This document shows, piece by piece, positions 13,851-23,700 of a stretch of 64,000 nt of DNA; within the stretch, counting starts at the first letter, position 1; each line of letters opens with the position of its first letter. The position numbers were made by a program, and so were the translations under genes. Under the pieces are notes generated by a model. That model worked only from the letters and a program-made list of their open reading frames with translations, searched no databases and had not been told where the DNA came from. This DNA is from Eledone cirrhosa (lineage: Eukaryota), in assembly GCA_964016885.1 (NCBI GenBank), contig OZ024756.1, positions 8,370,001 to 8,434,000 on the forward strand. Reading direction: 5' to 3'.

Positions 13851-14339
13851 TATATTATACAGACGTGATAAAAAGTATTTTAGAAAACTGTATATTTATA
13901 AATATATAAATAAATAACTTCATTTGAAACAGAGAGACATTAATCGATGAAATCAATTACAGAAAACATCGATATAAGCCGCCACATCAAAAGAAGAAGA
14001 ATTGTTGATTAGCCCCGATCTTGGAGACGTTCTAACCATGCCATTCCATCCTATCGCATCTTTTTTTTAATTATATTTTTACCCTCGTTTATCTATGATT
14101 ATATTCTCCAAACCTTCTTTGTTTTAGACGTGGGTAGACGGGTAACATGTGACTTTGATGAGATATTTGGCTTCTATTTCTAGCACATTGAGCGACCACA
14201 TCAGAGCCTTCTCCCTTGACAGTTCAATAACCAGGATAAAAGGGTAGACAGAAAAACGGATACAAAAGATTACCCCCCAAAAACACGCAAGAAGCTATTA
14301 AAGGTTGTATTGGCTTGCTAAATAAACGAACAAATGGAT

Positions 14340-14386
<47 letters not shown>

Positions 14387-14387
<1 letters not shown>

Positions 14388-14565
14388 CGGAGGAAATGTC
14401 GTAAGGAACCGGGTGGACCATAACGCACCAAAGTACTCAATACTTAGGGTAGTAGAGTGGGTAATAGGAACGAGTAGGACCCCGACGGTTGAGCTCAAGC
14501 CGTTTCGACAGAATTAGCCATCGAAACGGCTTGAATTCAGCCGTCGGGGTCCTACTCGTTCCTAT
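14387..14565. mobile_element. fold-back element family C, copy 1, inserted in (TA)n
   Basis: ~45-bp inverted arms at 14464-14508 and 14521-14565, with (TA)n on both sides. It is near-identical to 17231-17390 and contains the hammerhead 3' half GAAAC-GGC..GCC-GTC. Confidence 0.8.
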
Positions 14566-14569
14566 ATAT

Positions 14570-14638
<69 letters not shown>

Positions 14639-14916
14639 AAGAGAGAGATGGATAGATAGAGAGATAGTGAGAGAGATGAATAGATATACACACTCACATA
14701 TATGTCTTTTAAAGAGGAAGTAACACACTCACATATATATATTTCCAATGACAAGACTGTCACTGACAACACCAACACACATTGTGGTAGTTAAAACTAT
14801 TATCACCCCCAGATAATTCCAGCAGGATCATGCCTGGAATGTTACAAATTTAATGGAGGTTTTTAAACTAGAGTTCCTCTTATTCAATCGACATTCCTTT
14901 GTCTTGTCATTTACAG

Positions 14917-15334
14917 CAGAGGTTCTCAAAGTAGGTGCTACTGCCCCTCGAGGGAGTTCAGAACGTACAGGGACACTGGGGCTTAAGGGAGGTGGTAGAG
15001 ATGATATAATAGTATATTAAATATCAAATGATACATATTATATACAAATATAGTAAAATATAAAATATATAATATTTATACATAGTATATATTATATTAT
15101 TACGTTCTGAGTTCAAATCCCGCCGAGGTTAACTTTGCCTTTCATCCTTACCAGGTCGATAAAATAAAGTACCAGTAATACACTGGAATAATTGCTGGCC
15201 TTGTGTCAAAAGTAGAAAATTATTTGCAATTTGTGTGTTGGCAGGTCTCTCTGGAAACAGGGTAGTGGTGGGGGGGGGGGCTGAGGCTATTACGTGCAGT
15301 GAGGGCAGTGGTGCCTAAGGTTTGAAAACCTGTC
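14917..15334. mobile_element. hAT(Charlie)-like MITE with nested SINE
   Basis: TIRs CAGAGGTTCTCAAA and TTTGAAAACCTG. The flanking direct repeat ATTTACAG (14909-14916, 15335-15342) fits an 8-bp hAT target-site duplication. Confidence 0.7.
15100..15223 (+). mobile_element. tRNA-derived SINE copy nested in the hAT MITE
   Basis: TTACGTTCTGAGTTCAAATCCCGCCGAGGTTAACTTTGCC...GCTGGCCTTGTGTCAAAAGTAGAAA is homologous to 692-816. Confidence 0.8.
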
Positions 15335-15549
15335 ATTTACAGAAATCAGAGATTTTCTAACAACAAAAAAAACATCTAAATTTACCTTTTAATTACCCTA
15401 GTTTATTTGTATGTTGCTGTTGTTGCTGTTTTTGTTTAGTCCCAATTCAGAGCCGATTGTACTGACCAGTGGTCTAAGATATTCCAGCCAAGATCATCAT
15501 TTTTGTTATTGTTTAGTTCCAATTCAAACCCGATTGACAAGTATCCATA

Positions 15550-15650
15550 CAAGGTCGGTAAAATAAAGCACCAGTCACACACAGGAGTCTAATATAACTC
15601 ACTTCCCCCTCTTCTAAAGTTGGTCTTCAGCTAAAATTAGAACCCATTAT
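15550..15650 (+). mobile_element. old, longer-form SINE relic
   Basis: GGTCGGTAAAATAAAGCACCAGT is followed by an extra internal segment (..ACTTCCCCCT..) that the young copies lack. Confidence 0.5.
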
Positions 15651-15898
15651 CAGTGATAAGTGGAGCCGGCATACGGAAGTAATATGGAATATATCAATTG
15701 TTTTAAGTCTAGGATTTAGTCAGAAATATCTGGCTTACCGGATATATGAACAATCACACTAATTGGGAAAATTGCGTTTTAATAAAGTTATCGTTTGCAT
15801 AAGAGAAACCCTATAGTTTATGTTGAAATACAAACATGTTGAAATAATTGAAGATAAAAATGATATTTTAAATAACTTATTTCTAGGATATGACATTA

Positions 15899-16088
15899 TG
15901 GGGGTAAGCTGAAACATTCATAGGCTGACTATGAAGGAGTGATGCTAAAGCTGTTAAATCTTGCATACATTAATTGCAACTCTTCTTATCAATAACTGCA
16001 TTGAGGGACTATGTTGAAAAATAAACCTCATTTGGTCATTCCATGAGAGTATCTTGGTCAGCCTATGAACCTTTTCAGCTAACTGTCG
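15899..16088. mobile_element. Tc1/mariner-like MITE with TA target-site duplication
   Basis: ~30-bp TIRs (TA)TGGGGGTAAGCTGAAACATTCATAGGCTGAC and GTCAGCCTATGAACCTTTTCAGCTAACTGTCG(TA). Confidence 0.75.
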
Positions 16089-16432
16089 TATATGTCCAGT
16101 ACCTAACTAAACACTAGGTTAAATGTATGAGTAATTTTCGAGAAATAACTATTTACAGAGATAGATTTTAGGGGTTAGAACTGAGGACCTTGTGCTTGAA
16201 AAGTGAACCTATAGCAACATGACAAATAAGAAATGTACAGAGTGTGTAAATTTTAAAGAATTACAGTCGAAATATTAGATTTTGAGGTCTGCAGTTGGTG
16301 CCATAACGTAATCTACAGAGGTTACCCACTGACCAACGATACTGATTAGCATTGAGATTCTATAATCTTTCCCGGGATATATATTGGTAAACTCTAATAT
16401 AATCTAATACACATGTGTGTGTGTGTGTGTGT

Positions 16433-16632
16433 GGGAGTCCTGGGTTCAATCGGGGGTAACCACTATAAGTAAGGTTCTCAATACATTAGTAGAGTATATA
16501 CAAAATTTAATATAGAAATGGCTTCTACAGGACTAGAACTGTTTCATTCGAAGGAAATCATCAGGCTTTCCTGATAATTTCCTTCTAATGAAACAGTTCT
16601 AATCAAGTAGAAGCCATTTCTATATTAAATAT
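16433..16632. mobile_element. fold-back element family B, copy 1, between (TG)n tracts
   Basis: Inverted arms at 16505-16564 and 16571-16630, homologous to 17577-17770 in the opposite orientation, with hammerhead cores in the arms. Confidence 0.75.
16520..16565 (-). ncRNA. hammerhead ribozyme core (intact core; 5' strand of stem I lost at the inversion point)
   Basis: The minus strand reads CTGATGA-T-TTC(CTTC)GAA-T-GAA-ACAG(TTCTAGTC)CTGT-A|GAAGCC, with a GUA triplet. The matching stem I strand GGCTTTC survives in front of the + arm core at 16564-16570. Confidence 0.55.
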
Positions 16633-17009
16633 TGTGTGTGTGTGCATACACCTAGGACCACATACGTGTGTGTGTGTATACAAACACACATGGTGTGTTA
16701 TTGTGGTTGATGTGGGTGTAGTTTAAGCTGACATAAATATATTTAAAAAAAAGTATAGTTGGAAATTTTTGATAAGGGGAATAAATGAATAATGTGTCTC
16801 TTGGAGGGCTAGAAATCTTTTTTTTTTTGCCCATTTATTCCTGAGAGGGTCGTGGAGGCTCCTCAAACACTCTGCATCAGGTCCTGTAAGAAGCAACCAT
16901 CTCCAACTGATTCGGTTGGACAGCCAAGCATGACCAACCAAGCTCATGGATGTTATCCAACCATCTTGCTCGGGGTCTACCCCTATCGACGAGAAACCAG
17001 TGAGGAAAC

Positions 17010-17185
17010 TAATTGTTTCTACTTTTTGGCACAAGGCCAGCAATTATCCAGTGCATTACTGATGAAAATAATTGTTTCTACTTTAGGCACAAGGCCAGCA
17101 ATTACTCAGTGCATTACTGGTACTTTATTTTATCGACCCCGTAAGGATGAAAGGCAAAGTTAACCTCAGCGCGATTGAAGCTGTA

Positions 17186-17186
<1 letters not shown>
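17010..17186 (-). mobile_element. SINE copy with duplicated 3' tail
   Basis: Reverse complement of the SINE body at 17066-17186 plus a second tail at 17010-17061. Confidence 0.8.
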
Positions 17187-17230
<44 letters not shown>

Positions 17231-17231
<1 letters not shown>

Positions 17232-17385
17232 CGAAGGAAATGTGATAAGGAACCAGGTGGACCATAACGCACCAAAGTACTCAATACTTAGGGTAGTAGA
17301 GTGGGTAATAGGAACGAGTCGGACCCCGACGTCCAGAATTAGCCGTCGAAACGGCTTGAGCTCAGCCGTCGGGGTCCTACTCGTT

Positions 17386-17390
<5 letters not shown>
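17231..17390. mobile_element. fold-back element family C, copy 2, inserted in (TA)n
   Basis: Near-identical to 14387-14565 but with a shorter left arm (17308-17331). (TA)n lies at 17190-17230 and 17388-17427. Confidence 0.8.
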
Positions 17391-17430
<40 letters not shown>

Positions 17431-17576
17431 TAGGTACCAAAGCAAACATTCTATGCACAGGCAGAGTGTATATATTAGAAAAAACGAGTTTACATGTATA
17501 TGATGTAAATATATGTAAACGAAACTTCGTTTATTTTCTTATATCTATATAAATATATAGATATATATATAGAGAG

Positions 17577-17770
17577 AGAGATGACTTCTACAGGACTAGG
17601 ACTGTTTCATTCGTATGAAATTATCAGTATATTCCTGATTTCATACGAATGAAACAGTTCTAGTCCTGTAGAAGTCATTTCTAAATATAACAAAGATGCT
17701 TCTACTCTACCAATGTATTGAGTATCTCTTTTTAACTGTGGTTAAACCTCGACACAACTAGGGAATCTAC
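17577..17770. mobile_element. fold-back element family B, copy 2
   Basis: Inverted arms at 17577-17627 and 17635-17682 containing GAAACAGTTCTAGTCCTGTAGAAG, then a tail to 17770 ending in TA repeats. Confidence 0.75.
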
Positions 17771-18465
17771 ATATATATATTTATATGTGTGTGTATATTA
17801 TATATGTGTATGTACATGTATATATATACGTGTATGTGTATATACATAAATACACATATATGTATTCATATTTATCAATAGGTGTATATGTATGAATGAA
17901 TATATATATATATATTTATGGAATATATATACATATATTTATGGAATATATATACTTACGTATATATATATATATACATATATATTAGAGGACGGAGCGG
18001 TTATTAAGTGGGTCTGTAATAGTGTAATTAAGCGAGTACTTAATAGAATCGTTAATGAGAAGACAAACGATAAAAACGTCAAAAAGCGAAACACAGAGAC
18101 ACAAACAGAGATTGATTGATCAATAGTCAATTCTGATTACCTACTTTTACGACATATTCAAATAAATCATAGTAAAGAGAACATAATATTTTACCTTGTA
18201 ATAAATATTTTTAAATATTGTCCATTTTAAAAGGTTTATTATCTCTCAGCTAGCATCCACTTTCCAGCAAGCGAATCTCTTTCCTCCATTAATAACAGGA
18301 ACGCAACGATTATTGTTTCGTTCAGCCATACAACTACTATGGATGCCCAAAAGTGATATATTTGTTTATAAGCAATATCTGTAAATGAATGTATACATAA
18401 TATATAAAATATTGTATATATATATATATTACAAAAATTCAGAAACGAAAGGAAACCACATTTCT

Positions 18466-18510
<45 letters not shown>

Positions 18511-18793
18511 TTTTCTTCTTTTGTGTAAGGAGAAGAAAAATAGAATTAAACACTATGTATGGAATTTTCAATTTGTTTCTTTGTAAAGGGGAATAAATTT
18601 ACGGAAGTGGTGCCTTGTTACTAACTGGAATCTGAGTCAGTGAGAAGTAACTTTCGGTTTAGTCAGAGAGTCTTGATGATGGCATCACTTGAAATAACAG
18701 TCATTTTTAATAAATGAACAAAGAACATATTTAAGTGAACTAATTCAACGACTTCCATCAGCCACTTTTAGTTGTCAATAACAACCAGGATGA

Positions 18794-18859
18794 AATTACA
18801 GGATTTTATTGTTTAATTGTAGGGGTTTTTTTTAATTACTACTTATATTGGAATTGTAT

Positions 18860-18901
<42 letters not shown>

Positions 18902-19104
18902 TCATACACACACACACACATATATATATATACACACACACATATATATACACACATATATATATATTTTCATACATACATATATATATATATATACACA
19001 CACACACGTACATAAATATATGTGTGTGTGCGTGTGTGTACAATTCCAATATAAGTAGTAATTTAAAAAAAAGCCCTACAATTAAACAATAAAATACTGT
19101 AATT
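18794..19104. repeat. ~70-bp inverted repeat bracketing a CA/TA microsatellite
   Basis: AATTACAGGATTTTATTGTTTAATTGTAGGG...TTGGAATTGTA (18794-18858) is the reverse complement of 19039-19104. Confidence 0.9.
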
Positions 19105-19440
19105 ATATATAAGTATATACACATACACACATGTATAAATATATATATATATATATTATAAATATATATATATGTATGTGTATATATATATATTTATGTG
19201 TGTATGTATATATATATATATATATCCACACTGTAAAGTGGTTGTGTAGAAAAATCTCAGTCTATAATGTAAAGTGGTCATGTATATACATACACATATG
19301 TATATACATACATACATACATATATATACACAAATATATATGTATATACATACATATACACACATATATATATACATACAAATATACACACACATACATA
19401 AGTTTATTTATCTGTCTGTCTGTCTATCTATCTATCTACT
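19105..19440. repeat. compound (TA)/(CA)/(TATC) microsatellite
   Basis: Visible directly; similar tracts lie at 17770-17985 and 18469-18505. Confidence 0.9.
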
Positions 19441-19448
19441 TGTCTTGG

Positions 19449-20293
19449 TTTCTACAGTTGGATACCCTTCCTAACGCCAACTACATTTACAGTGTTTACG
19501 GGACGCTTTTTGTGATAACACTTACATGATCACTTTACAGTGTGGACTGGTGCTTTTTGTTGTGACACCTACACAACCACTTTACAGTGTGGACTGGTGC
19601 TTTTTGTTGTGACACCTACACAACCACTTTACAGTGTGGACTGGTGCTTTTTGTTGTGACACCTACACAACCACTTTACAGTGTGGACTGGTGCTTTTTG
19701 CTGTGACACCTACACAACCACTTTACAGTGTGGACTGGTGCTTTTTGTTGTGACACCTACACAACCACTTTACAGTGTGGACTGGTGCTTTTTGTTGTGA
19801 CACTTACATGACCACTTTACAGTGTGGACTGGTGCTTTTTGTTGTGATACTTACATGACCACTTTACAGTGTGGACTGGTGCTTTTTGTTGTGACACTTA
19901 CATGACCACTTTACAGTGTGGACTGGTGCTTTTTGTTGTGACACCTACACAACCACTTTACAGTGTGGACTGGTGCTTTTTGTTGTGACACTTACATGAC
20001 CACTTTACAGTGTCGACTGGTGCTTTTTGTTGTGACACCTACACAACCACTTTACAGTGTGGACTGGTGCTTTTTGTTGTGACACCTACACAACCACTTT
20101 ACAGTGTGGACTGGTGCTTTTTGTTGTGACACCTACACAACCACTTTACAGTGTCGACTGGTGCTTTTTGTTGTGACACCTACACAACCACTTTACAGTG
20201 TCGACTGGTGCTTTTTGTTGTGACACCTACACAACCACTTTACAGTGTCGACTGGTGCTTTTTGTTGTGACACCTACACAACCACTTTACAGT
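19449..20293 (+). repeat. 47-bp minisatellite (~17 copies) grown from a dispersed repeat
   Basis: Unit CCACTTTACAGTGTGGACTGGTGCTTTTTGTTGTGACACCTACACAA (e.g. at 19577 and 19624), preceded by the head TTTCTACAGTTGGATACCCTTCCTAACGCCAAC. Confidence 0.95.
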
Positions 20294-20339
20294 ATATATA
20301 TGTATGTGTTCACATTACACACACACACAAAATTACACA

Positions 20340-20545
20340 GAAACACTCAGTATAATAGAAACCTGAGGTAGTGTGCAGGAGAGAGGACTGCACTGCTATG
20401 GACATGTGATGTGTATGGAAGATGACAGCTGTATAAAGAAGTGTAGAAAAATATCAGTGCACAGAATCCATCGAATAGGAAAATAAAGGAAACTTGAACC
20501 TCATAACGTAGATAATAAACATCTGCAGTGCTGGAGAAAAGACTG
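20340..20545 (+). mobile_element. degenerate RTE-clade LINE 3' remnant
   Basis: The + frame from 20373 reads VQERGLHCYGHVMCMEDDSCIKKCRKISV, resembling the RTE C-terminal motif (RLRWYGHVxRM...VKKC). It is interrupted by stops. Confidence 0.7.
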
Positions 20546-20728
20546 CTCAGGTGTGTCAAGGGTACAACAAACAACTCTAGTATTGATGTAAACATGAAAA
20601 CACATATCCAGGAGAATCTGTGAAGTGGTTGGTGATAGGATGGGCAGCCAGCACCTGAAAACTAGCCAAATAAAGGAGTATGAGGATACTTCATTTCTAT
20701 CAAAGATATGACAATCTCTCTTGTGAAG

Positions 20729-23700
20729 ACACCTCACCTACCCTTGCTGATGTTGCCATAACACCTCACCGGTCCTTGCTGATGGTGCCATAACACCTCA
20801 CCTGTCCTTGCTGATGGTGCCATATCACCTCACCTATCCTAATTGATGGTGCCATAACACCTCACCTGTCCTAATTGATGGTGCCATAACACCTCACCTG
20901 TCCTTACTAAGGGTACCATAACACCTCACCTGTCCATACTGGTGGTGCCATAACACCTCCCCTGTCCTTACTGATGTTACCATAACACCTCACCTGTCCT
21001 TACTGATGGTGCCATAACACCTCAGCTGTCCTTGCTGATGTTGCCATAACACCTCACCTGTCCTTGCTGAAGATGCCATAACACCTCACCTGTCCTTGGT
21101 GATGGTGCCATAACACCTCACCTGTCCTTACTGATGGTGCCATAACACCTCACCTGTCCATGCTGATGGAGCCATAACACCTCACCTGTCCTTACTGATG
21201 GTACCATAACACCTCACCTGTCCTTACTAATGGTGCCAAAACACCTCACCTGTCCTTACTAATGGTACCATAGCACCTCACCTGTCCTTGCTGATGTTGC
21301 CATAACACCTCACCTGTCCTTGCTGAAGATGCCATAACACCTCACCTGTCCTTGGTGATGGTGCCATAACACCTCACCTGTCCTTACTGATGGTGCCATA
21401 ACACCTCACCTGTCCATGCTGATGGAGCCATAACACCTCACCTGTCCTTACTGATGGTACCATAACACCTCACCTGTCCTTACTAATGGTGCCAAAACAC
21501 CTCACCTGTCCTTACTAATGGTGCCAAAACACCTCACCTGTCCTTAATAATGGTACCATACCACCTCACCTGTCCTTACTAATGGTACCATAACACCTCA
21601 CCTGTCCTTACTAATGGTACCATACCACGTCACCTGTCCTTACTAATGGTGCCATAACACCTCACCTGTCCTTACTAATGGTACAATAACACCTCACCTG
21701 TCCTTACTAATGGTGCCATAATACCTCACCTGTCCTTACTTAATGGTGCCATTACACCTCACCTGTCCTTACTGATGATGCCATAACACATCACCTGTCC
21801 TTTCTAATGGTGCCATACCACCTCACCTGTCCTTACTGATGGTGCAATAACAACTCACCAGTCCTTACTAATGGTGTCATAACACCTCATCTGTCCTTAC
21901 TGATGGTGCCATAACAACTCACCTGTCCTCACTGATGGTGCCATACCACCTCACCTGTCCTTACTATTGGTGCCATAACAACTCAGCTGTCCTTACTGAT
22001 GGTGCCATAACACCTCACCTGTCCTTACTAATGGTGCCATAAAAGCACACCTGTCCTTACTGATGGTGCCATGACACCTCACCTGTCCTTACTGATGGTG
22101 CAATAACAACTCACCTGTCCTTACTGATGGTACTATAACACCTCACCTGTCCTTACTAATGGTGCCATAACACCTCACCTGTCCTTACTGATGGTACCAT
22201 AACACCTCACCTGTCCTTACTGATGGTGCCATAACACCTCACCTGTCCTTACTGATGCTGCCATAACACCTCACCTCTCCTTACTGATGGTGTCATGACA
22301 CATAACCTCTCCTTACTGATGGTGCCATAACACCTCACCTGTCCTTACTAATGGTGCCATAAAAGCTCACCTTTCCTTACTAATAGTGCCAAAACACCAC
22401 ACTTGTCCTTACTGATGGTACCATAACACCTCACCTGTCCTTACTGATGGTGCCATAACACCTCACCTGTCCTTACTGATGCTGCCATAACACCTCACCT
22501 CTCCTTACTGATGGTGTCATGACACATAACCTCTCCTTACTGATGGTGCCATAACACCTCACCTGTCCTTACTAATGGTGCCATAAAAGCTCACCTTTCC
22601 TTACTAATAGTGCCAAAACAACACACCTGTCCTTACTAATGGTACCATAACACCTCACCTGTCCTTAATGATGGTGCCATAACACCTCACCTGTCCTTAC
22701 TAATGGTACATTAACAACTCACCTGTCCTTACTGATGATGCCATAACACCTCACCTCTCCTTACTAATGGTGCCATAATACCTCACCTGTCCTTGTTGAT
22801 GGTGCCATAACACCTCACCTCTCCTTACTAATGGTGCCATAACACCTCACCTGTCCTTACTAATGGTACCATAACACCTCACCTGTCCTTACTGATGGTA
22901 CCATAACACCTCACCTGTCCTTACTGATGGTGCCATAACACCTCACCTCTCCTTACTAATGGTGCCATAATACCTCACCTGTCCTTGTTGATGGTGCCAT
23001 AACACCTCACCTCGCCTTACTAATGGTGCCATAACAACTCACCTGTCCTTGTTGATGGTGCCATAACACCTCACCTGTCCTTACTAATGGTGCATTAACA
23101 ACTCACCTGTCCTTACTGATGGTGCCATAACACCTCACCTGTCTTTGCTGATGGTGCCATGACACCTCACCTGTCCTTACTAATGGTGCATTAACAACTC
23201 ACCTGTCCTTACTGATGATGCAATAACAACTCACCTGTTCTTACTGATGATGCCAGAACAACTCACCTGTCCTTACTGATGATGCCATAACACCACACCT
23301 GTCCTTACTGATGGTACCATAACACCTCACCTGTCCTTACTGATGTTACCTTAACACCTCACCTGTCCTTACTGATGATGCCATAACACCACACCTCTCC
23401 ATACTGATGGTACCATAACACCTCACCTGTCCTTACTGATGGTGCCATAACACCTCACCTGTCCTTACTAATGATGCCATAACAACTCACCTGTCCTTAC
23501 TGATGGTGCCATAACACCTCACCTGTCCTTACTGATGGTGCCATAACACCTCACCTCTCCTTACTAATGGTACATTAACAACTTACATGTCTTTACTGAT
23601 TGCGCCATAGCACCTTACCTGTCCTTACTGATGGTGCTATAAAAACTCACCTGTCCTTACTGATAGTACCATAATACCTCACCTGTCCTTACTAATGGTG

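Noticed and set aside
16275-16403. Minus-strand 42-codon frame IILEFTNIYPGKDYRISMLISIVGQW..., vaguely FN3-like
   Set aside because: It is short, has no polypyrimidine tract at the putative acceptor, and the similarity is only a few residues.
13361-19529. IYIY/CVCV-rich ORFs
   Set aside because: They are microsatellite and SINE translations.
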